Assembly: GCF_000196355.1 (NCBI RefSeq)
Contig: NC_007614.1
Location: 3,120,001 to 3,152,000, forward strand
Direction: 5' to 3'
DNA length: 32,000 nt
Source of the DNA: Nitrosospira multiformis ATCC 25196
Lineage (GTDB): Bacteria; Pseudomonadota; Gammaproteobacteria; Burkholderiales; Nitrosomonadaceae
Position numbers and translations under genes: made by a program. Below the pieces are notes generated by a model. That model searched no databases and was not told the origin of the DNA. It saw only the letters and a program-made list of their open reading frames with translations. Positions 1 through 8,133 of this stretch are shown here, one piece after another (position 1 is the first letter of the stretch; each line of letters begins with the position of its first letter).

Positions 1-451
1 GCTTGACCGAACGGGCCGCAGGGCCTTCGCCGATCATGATGTCTAGCTGGTAATCCTCCAGTGCGGGATAGAGAATTTCCTCCACGACCGGGGAGAGACG
101 ATGGATTTCATCTATGAACAAAACATCGTTGGGCTCGAGATTGGTCAGCAGGGCCGCAAGATCGCCGGGACGTTCCAACACTGGGCCGGAGGTCTGGCGC
201 AGCCCCACGCCCATCTCCTTGGCAACGATGTGCGCAAGGGTGGTTTTACCAAGGCCGGGCGGACCAAACAGCAGTACATGATCGAGCGCTTCCCTGCGCC
301 GCCTGGCTGCCTCGATGAATATCTGTAGCTGTCCGCGAATTTTTTCCTGGCCTATGTATTCGGCCAGATGCTTCGGCCGCAGCGCCCGCTCCAGATCCTC
401 TTCTTTTAACGAGAGGGGCGCAGGGGTAATCAAGCGGTCTGTTTCTATCAT
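1..451 (-). CDS. ruvB: Holliday junction DNA helicase RuvB, N-terminal part (3' end runs off the window)
   Basis: Reverse-strand translation reads [134 protein letters not shown], with Walker A and DEIH motifs. Lies downstream of ruvA. Confidence 0.96.
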   Translation of the reverse strand, partial: MIETDRLITPAPLSLKEEDLERALRPKHLAEYIGQEKIRGQLQIFIEAARRRREALDHVLLFGPPGLGKTTLAHIVAKEMGVGLRQTSGPVLERPGDLAALLTNLEPNDVLFIDEIHRLSPVVEEILYPALEDYQLDIMIGEGPAARSVK

Positions 452-559
452 TCCCAATTCAAAAAGCGCTATCTCCGCCAGGTTTTCTGCTGATCGAATT
501 GAATCGGCGACCGGAGCGATAATCTGAAGGACAGGCTTTCCCCACCGCCGACAAAGACG

Positions 560-1153
560 TTATTTCTCTTTTGACAAGAACTTCAGTGCCTGTCTTATGC
601 CGTCCGAAACGGAAAGATCCACGGATAGCTGACTGACCGCCCAATTGGCCTCGCGATCATTATACCCTAGAGACAACAGGGCATTCAGCACATCGCTTCC
701 CATCGTTGAGGGCCGCCGGGCTCCCGCTGCGCCTGGAATCGCGGATACGCCCAAGTCAAGCTTGTCGCGCAATTCCAGCAGCAAGCGCTCTGCCGTCTTC
801 TTGCCGATGCCGGGAATCCTGATCAGACGGGCAGGATCCTGATTGGACACTGTCTGATGCAAGTCAGCCACGCTCAGACCGGATAGCAAAGCCAGCGCGG
901 TTCTCGCCCCAACACCGGAAATTTTTACGAGCTGGCGAAATGCCTGCCGCTCGCCTTCCGTAGCGAAACCGAAAAGCAAATGCGCGTCTTCGCGTACGAC
1001 GAAATGAGTGTGGAGCGTGATTTGCGTCCCGACGGCCGGCAGGTTGTAGAACGTGCTCATGGGTACGTCGATCTCATAGCCCACACCCTGGACATCAACC
1101 AGCACCAGCGGGGGAAATTTTTCCAGCAGGAGTCCGCTTATTCTCCCGATCAT
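560..1153 (-). CDS. ruvA: Holliday junction DNA helicase RuvA
   Basis: [39 protein letters not shown]... with helix-hairpin-helix motifs ([31 protein letters not shown]). The ORF track extends to 1228, but the family start MIGRISG is at 1153. Confidence 0.96.
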   Translation of the reverse strand: MIGRISGLLLEKFPPLVLVDVQGVGYEIDVPMSTFYNLPAVGTQITLHTHFVVREDAHLLFGFATEGERQAFRQLVKISGVGARTALALLSGLSVADLHQTVSNQDPARLIRIPGIGKKTAERLLLELRDKLDLGVSAIPGAAGARRPSTMGSDVLNALLSLGYNDREANWAVSQLSVDLSVSDGIRQALKFLSKEK

Positions 1154-1668
1154 ATGAGACGCCCCTGTTTTACCCGGTAACCGGCGGTCGACAGGGCACC
1201 CAGTCCCAAGCCTCCATGGGCATGGCAAATAGCACAGGCAAGGGCATCGGCGGCATCCGATGCAGGCTGACCGGAGAGGCGCAATAACCGTCTTACCATT
1301 TCCTGTACCTGTTCTTTCCGCGCGTGGCCTTCACCGACCACCGCCTGCTTGATCTGCAGCGCCGTATACTCTGCAACGGACAGGTTATTCAGCACTGCCG
1401 TGCATATCGCCGCTCCCCGCGCCTGCCCGAGCATCAAGGTGGATTTGGGATTGACGTTGACAAACACCTGCTCGATCGCGACATGGTCAGGCTTGTGTTC
1501 CGCGATGACTTCGTTGAGGTGATCCATGATGGATTTGAGGCGCAACGGCAATTCACCCTCTACTGTCCTGATGCGGCCACTGCTGACGTAGACCAGTTTG
1601 CCGCCGGTTTTGTCGATGATTCCAAAACCGGTTAGCCGCAGACCTGGGTCTATACCTAGTATACGGAT
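1150..1668 (-). CDS. ruvC: Crossover junction endodeoxyribonuclease RuvC, apparent non-canonical ATC start
   Basis: The frame translates as (I)[91 protein letters not shown].... The stop overlaps the ruvA start (ATGA). The ORF track begins at the internal TTG (1551), which would drop the catalytic GIDPG motif. Confidence 0.9.
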   Translation of the reverse strand: MRILGIDPGLRLTGFGIIDKTGGKLVYVSSGRIRTVEGELPLRLKSIMDHLNEVIAEHKPDHVAIEQVFVNVNPKSTLMLGQARGAAICTAVLNNLSVAEYTALQIKQAVVGEGHARKEQVQEMVRRLLRLSGQPASDAADALACAICHAHGGLGLGALSTAGYRVKQGRLI

Positions 1669-1705
1669 TTTATTGCCTTTTATTTTCCGGGCGGAAAACC
1701 CCTGC

Positions 1706-2428
1706 TCAGTCGATCACCGCGGTTGTATAGACTTCCTGTACATCGTCGATGCTTTCCAAAGCATCGAGCAGCTTTTGCATTTTTACCGAATCGTCCCCGG
1801 TCAATTCGGTTTCATTGACGGGCTTCATGGTCACTTCGGCGAGTTCCGCCTTGAACCCTGCTTTTTCCAGCGCTTCCTTCACCGCGACAAATTCGTACGG
1901 CGCGGTGATGACTTCGATGCTGCCATCATCATGGGCGATAATGTCCTCGGCGCCGGCTTCCAGGGCTACTTCCATCAGTTTGTCTTCATCCGTGCCCGGC
2001 GCAAACAGCAACTGGCCACAGTGCTTGAAAAGAAAACCAACCGAACCGTCCGTGCCAAGGTTACCGCCGTATTTGGTAAAAGCGTGACGCACGTCCGCCA
2101 CGGTACGCACTCGATTGTCGGTCATGCAATCGACCAGCACAGCCGCACCGGCAATGCCGTAACCTTCGTAACGTATTTCTTCGTAATTCACGCCCTCCAG
2201 ATCGCCACTGCCGCGCTTGATCGCGCGCTCGACGTTTTCCTTGGGCATGTTCTGCTCATAAGCCTTGTCGACAGCCAGACGCAACCGCGGATTGCTGTTC
2301 GGATCCCCGCCGCCGAGTCTCGCGGCAACGGTAATTTCCTTGATGAGACGGGTGAAAATCTTGCCGCGCTTCGCATCCTGCGCGGCTTTCTTATGCTTGA
2401 TATTAGCCCACTTGCTGTGACCAGCCAT
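1706..2428 (-). CDS. yebC: YebC/PmpR family DNA-binding regulatory protein (TACO1 family)
   Basis: [56 protein letters not shown] is characteristic of the YebC family. Located upstream of ruvC, as is common. Confidence 0.96.
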   Translation of the reverse strand: MAGHSKWANIKHKKAAQDAKRGKIFTRLIKEITVAARLGGGDPNSNPRLRLAVDKAYEQNMPKENVERAIKRGSGDLEGVNYEEIRYEGYGIAGAAVLVDCMTDNRVRTVADVRHAFTKYGGNLGTDGSVGFLFKHCGQLLFAPGTDEDKLMEVALEAGAEDIIAHDDGSIEVITAPYEFVAVKEALEKAGFKAELAEVTMKPVNETELTGDDSVKMQKLLDALESIDDVQEVYTTAVID

Positions 2429-2590
2429 AATTCTATGCCCTGAGTTCCTTATTGAGTCCTTGGGTGAGTCCTTTGCTGAAGTGGTGCAATGTTATCACCC
2501 CCCGTCTCCAGCATAAAGCCGACAAGGAGGCGTTCCGCAAGCGGCCCTCCCTGGTCGATAATCGGACTTACTGGTTTCAAACTTACCGGT

Positions 2591-3727
2591 TCAAATCGCC
2601 CTATGCGGCCACTGGTAGGGCGTCACATCGAGCGGCTGGAGCTTGCCCAGAATCATGTTGGCGATAAGCTGCGCACTGCCGGGGGCCATGGTGACACCGT
2701 AGCGATAATGACCGCTGTTGAGATACAGGTTGGAGATCGCCGGATGCATGGAAATCACAGGTATGTTATGAGGTGAAGCGGGCCGCAGGCCTGCCCAATG
2801 CGCGGCAATCATCTCTTCAGCAAGAACAGGAATCAGGGCTTGCGCCCTTGCAAGCAATGTTTCTCGCGCTTCGGGCGTTGTACTCTTGTCGAAACCTGCT
2901 TCCTCCAGGGTGCTGCCTGCAAGTATGTGTCCATCCCGGCGGGGGATGAGATAAAAATTGTCCCGCTCATCGAACACCATGGGCTCGAGCAATCCTGGCT
3001 GGGCCTTGAACAACAGAATCTGGCCGCGGACCGGCCAAGCTTCCAGCGCTGCCGCATGCTCAGCCAGAAGCCCCCTGCTCCATGCCCCCGCGGCAACAAC
3101 ATATTGACCTGCGGAATGACGCTCGCCCGCCACGGTATGGATGGATTGGACGTATCCCCGTTCGATTTTCCACCCGGCAACCTCGGCATGCTCGAGGACT
3201 TTACCGCCAAGCATCTTCACCGCCCTTATCAACGCCTGCAGCAAACGTGGATTTCTTACCTGGCATACTTCGGGCAGCCAGAGCGCAGCCGTGTCACGGG
3301 AGAGCGAAGGGGCTATTTGGCTGGACTGAACCTCCTGCACGGGTATGGCGTGACGCGCGCACCAGTGCTTGGCCAGAAGCATCCGGCTGCACATATCAAA
3401 CGTCCCCGGTTCGACATAGGCCTGGGAGGAAGAATCGGGCAGCACCAGCATGCCGCTTGCCTGATATTCCGGATCGACGCCCGTTTCCGCCTGCAACGCA
3501 TCAACAAATCGAGGAAACAGATGAGCACTAAACTGTGTAAGCTGTGTAACCGCTTCCGGATAGTCCCATGGCAGCAACGGCGAGAGTATGCCGGCGCCCG
3601 CCCAGGAGGCTTCCTGCCCGCAAAGATTGCGCTCAAGTACGGAAACTGTCGCGCCCGAACGCAATAATTCCCACGCGGTGGCAAGCCCGACGATGCCGCC
3701 ACCCATCACCATCACATCGCTGCTCAA
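2591..3727 (-). CDS. thiO: Glycine oxidase ThiO, FAD-dependent
   Basis: N-terminal dinucleotide-binding motif VMGGGIVGLATAWELLRSGATVSVLERN. Downstream motifs GQEASWAGAGILSPLLPWDYPEAVTQL and GHYRYGVTMAPGSAQLIANMI are typical of ThiO. Apparent TTG start. Confidence 0.85.
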   Translation of the reverse strand: MSSDVMVMGGGIVGLATAWELLRSGATVSVLERNLCGQEASWAGAGILSPLLPWDYPEAVTQLTQFSAHLFPRFVDALQAETGVDPEYQASGMLVLPDSSSQAYVEPGTFDMCSRMLLAKHWCARHAIPVQEVQSSQIAPSLSRDTAALWLPEVCQVRNPRLLQALIRAVKMLGGKVLEHAEVAGWKIERGYVQSIHTVAGERHSAGQYVVAAGAWSRGLLAEHAAALEAWPVRGQILLFKAQPGLLEPMVFDERDNFYLIPRRDGHILAGSTLEEAGFDKSTTPEARETLLARAQALIPVLAEEMIAAHWAGLRPASPHNIPVISMHPAISNLYLNSGHYRYGVTMAPGSAQLIANMILGKLQPLDVTPYQWPHRAI

Positions 3728-3863
3728 AAATTATTCCTTCAACAAGCCTCCGCACAGAATAACAAAAGCGGTTCTGTGATGAAACGCAATTCGAGCAGCT
3801 GTTTACAAAACCGACGAGTTCTACAAGGCGGTCAAAAAACTTTATATCGGGAGAGTGAGCCGG

Positions 3864-3869
3864 TATAAT
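3864..3869 (+). promoter_or_regulatory. Putative -10 box (TATAAT) for tRNA-Lys; possible -35 (TTTATA) at 3841-3846
   Basis: Exact TATAAT about 20 nt upstream of the tRNA 5' end, with a 17-nt spacer to a 4/6-match -35. Confidence 0.6.
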
Positions 3870-3889
3870 GCACGTCCCTTCACACCTGT

Positions 3890-3965
3890 GGGCCGTTAGC
3901 TCAGCCGGTAGAGCAGCGGACTTTTAATCCGTTGGTCGGCAGTTCGAATCTGCCACGGCCTACCA
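3890..3965 (+). tRNA. tRNA-Lys, anticodon TTT, CCA encoded
   Basis: A 76-nt cloverleaf is legible: acceptor GGGCCGT/ACGGCCT, D-stem GCTC/GAGC, anticodon stem GCGGA/TCCGT with loop CTTTTAA, T-stem GGCAG/CTGCC with loop TTCGAAT, then A-CCA. Confidence 0.97.
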
Positions 3966-4180
3966 AATAATCAATCGCTTGTGACTTATTAGGAACTGGG
4001 ATTCCTTTTGTTTTTCCAGAATGGAACCATTTTGTAACCCCATCAGCCTTTTTTCAGTCAGTTCCAAAAAATTTGGGACTGCTTGTTTTGCGGGACCTCC
4101 TTAAATTTAAGAAGACCCACAAACCTAAAACCTAAAATCGTAAGACGGTTGAGCGCCAGATGATCTCGGCTCAGTTTTTC

Positions 4181-4999
4181 CTACTGCACGCCCTCAAGTT
4201 CAGCTGGAACTAACTCGCTTTCTCTTTCCCCCTTTCCCCCTTCCTTCACATTCTTGCGGGCTCTGTTGTTTTTTGATGTGATACGCGCAATTTTCTTCTT
4301 TGCTTCGATAGCCTTTTCTCCCTCCATTACCTCACGCTTTATAACCTCGGCTGTTAGTACGTCGCGAATTTGATCTGTGTCAATACGAACATCAGGCGAA
4401 ATGCGGCGTAACTCCCGTCGAATGACATCAAGAACCGGATCGGTCTGAAGGATTGCTCCTATAAAGAAACGAGATAATGCCTGCTTTTGCAAGTGGTATT
4501 CGCTCAGTACTGATCGTTGCCACCCTTCCTTACAGCACAAATAAAGCAATTCAACATCGGTTAAAGACCGTGAATTCAGTGCGGCGAAATCTATGCTTAC
4601 CACCAGTTCCTGATTTATCGGTTTTGAGAAAATGACGCGATAAACACGCCAACACATTCCGTTTGTAAGCAAAACCCAATCCACCCCTTGATTGGCAGCA
4701 TAATCTACAGCCTGTTTCAGATGATTATCTTTGAGATCAATTCCAATTGCCTTTACTTCAATAAGCGTTTGAAGTGTGCCGTCTATCTTGATTCCAAGAT
4801 CACAATACGTACCTCGGATAGCATATTCAGATGTAATTTCCACATACTTATCAAAGCCAAAAATATCGGCCAACATATCCTTGATAATTGTAACTGTGTC
4901 AGCTTCTCCAGCGTCTCTTGTTTTCGCCGCCGCCAGAATCGGTTGGTATTGTTTTATACCCGACATAATCCTATCGGTTATTTTTTTTGAGATTGACAT
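4181..4999 (-). CDS. Stand-alone type I restriction HsdR N-terminal-like protein (predicted PD-(D/E)xK fold)
   Basis: 272 aa. TVTIIKDMLADIFGFDKYVEITSEYAIRGTYCDLGIKIDGTLQTLIEVKAIGIDLKDNHLKQAVDYAANQGVDWVLLTNGMCWRVYRV resembles HsdR_N-like domains, with D...(I)EVK residues. No helicase or methyltransferase partner is nearby. Confidence 0.7.
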   Translation of the reverse strand: MSISKKITDRIMSGIKQYQPILAAAKTRDAGEADTVTIIKDMLADIFGFDKYVEITSEYAIRGTYCDLGIKIDGTLQTLIEVKAIGIDLKDNHLKQAVDYAANQGVDWVLLTNGMCWRVYRVIFSKPINQELVVSIDFAALNSRSLTDVELLYLCCKEGWQRSVLSEYHLQKQALSRFFIGAILQTDPVLDVIRRELRRISPDVRIDTDQIRDVLTAEVIKREVMEGEKAIEAKKKIARITSKNNRARKNVKEGGKGERESELVPAELEGVQ

Positions 5000-5493
5000 C
5001 TGCTTTTCTCCGCTTTTAATGTTCGAAAGTAGTTAACGATCAGTTTCCTGTTCTCTTTATTATTTACTTTCCGCTCCTCCCATCTTGTCAATTTGACAGA
5101 GCATCGAGTTTACAACTTCCTACGCTGATTTTTTCGTGTACATGGTTAACTTGTACATTACCTTACCCTTCCTCGAGAGTAGGCTTGCCAGCGGTACCTA
5201 CCCGCCTTCACCATTGAGACCGGTGATGAAAGCATGGAATCCTTCGCCCGTGTAAGACATTCCTACCACCTGCCCAGCAGGAAAAGTGGATAGACTACTT
5301 TTTCTCGGGTAAAAACTGCCTCGTGCAACTTGTAAGCGTTGCCCCATGCCGGTGAGACTGGAATTCAAGTGCGCCGCGGCCGCAAGCTTTGCGGATTACA
5401 GGCCATGACAGGAAAGCCAAGCGACTGGCATGCCTGTGACGAGCGGCAAACGAGCCGGAAAAATTTTCGCAGTATTGTTTCTGGCCAACCAGG

Positions 5494-5598
5494 ATGGGGC
5501 AAAAAGGCGATCTGTCGCGCTTTGTTGAAGAAGCAGGGAGCGAAGCAGATTTTGCCTCGATGGTCGATGAAGCCCTGCAATGGGCACACAAACCCTGA
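5494..5598 (+). pseudogene. Remnant of a ribbon-helix-helix-type antitoxin from a PIN-toxin operon
   Basis: Frame reads MGQKGDLSRFVEEAGSEADFASMVDEALQWAHKP*, combining the (K)GDLSRFVEEA and ADF..(I/M)VDEALQWA ends of this antitoxin family with the middle apparently deleted. Confidence 0.5.
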
Positions 5599-5675
5599 TG
5601 CGGGAGGTGCTGGATACAAATATTCTCTTTTCTCTTCAGTGCCTTGATCTCACCGTAATGGAAAGCCTCACGTAA
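5598..5675 (+). pseudogene. Remnant of a PIN-domain toxin, N-terminal strand plus scrap
   Basis: Frame reads MREVLDTNILFSLQCLDLTVMESLT*. It starts with the PIN signature (VLDTNILFS) and its ATG overlaps the antitoxin TGA (TGATG), as in intact VapBC-like operons. Confidence 0.5.
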
Positions 5676-5851
5676 TCTATCTAATCTATCGCCCGTGGTG
5701 ATCCACACGCTTCTAGATTGTGACGGTCCGCTTGCAGTTGGATGAAATTCGCCGGGGCCAGTAGTCAAAAATATGCCCTTTCATATCGAAGGATCGTTAA
5801 AATCGTAGGTGAACTTAGGTAGAGTTTTGAATCTATCAGGAGATCATCTCA

Positions 5852-7291
5852 GTGAACAAAGAGAAAGCTACGGCACCAGGACGAGTAAATAAAAAACTGT
5901 TGTCAGCTATCGAGAAACAGAGGGTAACAGCGCTCGGACTTTCACATGCGAAGCTTCGCCCAGAGAGGATTCTGGACGGTATTACTGATGCGTTTTATAC
6001 CTTGGATCGCGAATGGCGCTTCACGTGCCTAAATAAGGAAGCAGAAAATCTGCTGCGACGCTCTCGCAGTGATCTTCTGGGCAAGGTGATCTGGGAAGAA
6101 TTCAAGGAGGCAGTAGGAACAATCTTCGATCATGAATGCCGCCGGGCGCTCGTGGAAAATACCACAGTGAAATTTGAAAACTTCTACGCTCCTCTAGACG
6201 GCTGGTTCGAGGTACACGTTTATCCTTTGGAAGATGGTCTGGCTGTTTATTTTAATGACATTACGAAGCGTAAACAATCTGAGCAGGCGCGCCAGGAGGC
6301 CGAGGCCCGCATTCGCCAGCAGGCTTCCCTGCTTGATAAGGCAACCGACGCGATCATTGTTCACGGAATCGATCATCGCATTCAGTTTTGGAATCAGGGC
6401 GCGCAGCGGTTATACGGATGGACCCCTGAAGAGGTCCTCGGTAAATCCATAGAGATGCTGTATGACAATCCCTTAGCCTTCCATGAAGCGAGCAAATTGC
6501 TATTGAATAAAGGCGAATGGAGGGGGGAGATCGCACAGCGGCGCAAAGATGGGAGTATATTGCTTGCTGAAGCACACTGGACTTTGGTTAAAAATGACGA
6601 GGGGCAAGCGCAATCTGTTTTCGCAATCAACACCGATATTACCCAGCGCAAGATGGCGGAAAACAAAATCGAACACCTCGCCTTCTATGATTCCTTGACC
6701 GGATTGCCCAATAGGCAACTCCTGCTGGACCGGCTGAGTCAGGCACTCTCGGCGAGAGCCCGGAAACATCGCATGGGCGCGTTACTGTTTATCGACCTCG
6801 ATAACTTTAAATTACTCAATGATACGTTCGGCCACGATTTGGGGGACCTGTTGCTGCAGCAGCTGGCTCCTCGCCTGATCTCCTGCATACGGGAAAGCGA
6901 CACGGTCGCTCGCCTGGGCGGCGACGAGTTTGTAGTAATACTGATAACGGACTTTAGCGAAAATTATGAAGAATCCCTTGCTCAGATAAAGGCCATTTGC
7001 GAGAGGATTCACAGCGCATTCAATCAGCCTTTTAATCTCCGTGCATATAAACATCACAGCACGGCGAGCATCGGCGTCGTACTATTTAACGATCAATCGC
7101 ACACGACAGACGAGTTGCTCAAGCAGGCGGATCTCGCGATGTATCAGGCAAAAGCATCAGGCCGCAACGCAATGTGCTTTTTCGATCCGGACGCAAGCGG
7201 CAATGAATGCCTGCACCCTTCTGGAGGCGGATTTGCACAAAAGCTGGAAGAGAAACGAATTTGTTCTCCATTATCAGCCCCGGATGGATAG
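5852..7291 (+). CDS. PAS-PAS-GGDEF diguanylate cyclase (C-terminal EAL domain lost by frameshift)
   Basis: Two PAS-like regions (ILDGITDAFYTLDREWRFTCLNKEAE..., ATDAIIVHGIDHRIQFWNQGAQRLYGWTPEEVLGKS...) are followed by GGDEF: LAFYDSLTGLPNRQLLLDRL...FIDLDNFKLLNDTFGHDLGD...RESDTVARLGGDEF. The I-site RxxD lies 5 residues before GGDEF. GTG start. Confidence 0.9.
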   Translation: MNKEKATAPGRVNKKLLSAIEKQRVTALGLSHAKLRPERILDGITDAFYTLDREWRFTCLNKEAENLLRRSRSDLLGKVIWEEFKEAVGTIFDHECRRALVENTTVKFENFYAPLDGWFEVHVYPLEDGLAVYFNDITKRKQSEQARQEAEARIRQQASLLDKATDAIIVHGIDHRIQFWNQGAQRLYGWTPEEVLGKSIEMLYDNPLAFHEASKLLLNKGEWRGEIAQRRKDGSILLAEAHWTLVKNDEGQAQSVFAINTDITQRKMAENKIEHLAFYDSLTGLPNRQLLLDRLSQALSARARKHRMGALLFIDLDNFKLLNDTFGHDLGDLLLQQLAPRLISCIRESDTVARLGGDEFVVILITDFSENYEESLAQIKAICERIHSAFNQPFNLRAYKHHSTASIGVVLFNDQSHTTDELLKQADLAMYQAKASGRNAMCFFDPDASGNECLHPSGGGFAQKLEEKRICSPLSAPDG

Positions 7292-7522
7292 CAGCGACTT
7301 ATGGGGGCCGAAGCGCTCATTCGGTGGCAGCGGCTTGTTTTCTCCAGAGTGATTTCTGGGGAGAAACTGCACGCCCGGGATGGGGGTATGCAACGCATCG
7401 GTGTATTCATCTATACCAATCGCTTCCAGGAGCAGGACCCGCAGTACGATGGCAGTATTTTTATCCCTGCCCAATGTGTAATCACTCCTTCGATATGGGA
7501 AAGATTCATCGGCCCGAAATAA
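7191..7522 (+). pseudogene. Degenerate EAL domain, continuation of the upstream GGDEF protein across frameshifts
   Basis: TQAAMNACTLLEADLHKSWKRNEFVLHYQPRMDSSD in frame 3 (7191 on), then MGAEALIRWQ in frame 2 (7301 on). Both match the conserved start of EAL domains (LEADLRRAL..NEFxLHYQP...GAEALIRWQ). Confidence 0.8.
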
Positions 7523-8133
7523 CCCCCGTCGAATGACGTATGCTCACATCCGACATGAGCAGCAATTCGGACTCTTTAAAGTGTAGTCAGAAAACGTATA
7601 GGGGACAGCACTCTGGCTGCACCTGCCGCGTCCTTTGGTGCGCTTGCGCAGCAACTTGCCATTGACGGCAGTCTCCTCATCACCGGATGACACCACATCG
7701 CTTCGCTCCACAGGACGCGCTTCATCATGTATCTATAGTTTCCCGGGCAGAAGCCCGCGCTGTGATTCCGGCATCTTTGCGCCATTCGCCTTGCATTTCA
7801 TCCTTTCTAGCTATAAAAGAAGTGGTGAAGGTAAATTAAAACTCTCGCGCCGGAGCACAAAGCCTGAAAGGAAGAGAAACGAAACCGCTGACCCGAAAGT
7901 AATGCCCTTGCTGAGTGGAAATTTCTGATTATCAAAATAGGTGATTCTGGCAAACAGCATCAGCATAATGCAAAACATTGAGTAATAAATAAGCTTGTCA
8001 ACCGCCCGTTTCTTTCAGAGACCAGCAAAACGATATCTTCCAGTGACGCGCGCGCATTTATACCCGGGTTGAGCAACGGATGTTGCGTGCGCAGCTTTTT
8101 GATCAGCAAAAATTCAGTCAGATAGGAGAAAAC

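Noticed and set aside
1598-2443. 281-aa plus-strand ORF antisense to yebC
   Set aside because: yebC is unambiguous on the minus strand, and the plus-strand translation shows no conserved motif.
2798-3667. 289-aa plus-strand ORF antisense to thiO
   Set aside because: A shadow ORF within a clearly conserved gene; low-complexity His/Arg/Gln-rich text with no family features.
5361-5389. Cluster of EcoRI (GAATTC), NotI (GCGGCCGC) and HindIII (AAGCTT) sites within 29 nt, looking like a cloning polylinker
   Set aside because: No other vector-like sequence flanks it, and single sites in GC-rich DNA can co-occur by chance. Contamination cannot be argued from this alone.
5295-5768. 157-aa minus ORF and 102-aa plus ORF (5339-5647) in the gap before the GGDEF gene
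   Set aside because: Neither translation resembles a protein family. The plausible coding remnants lie in other frames (RHH/PIN fragments).
3890-8130. Intact genomic island integrated at tRNA-Lys
   Set aside because: No integrase gene and no direct repeat of the tRNA 3' end (TTCGAATCTGCCACGGCCTACCA) was found downstream in the window. At most an eroded island can be suggested.
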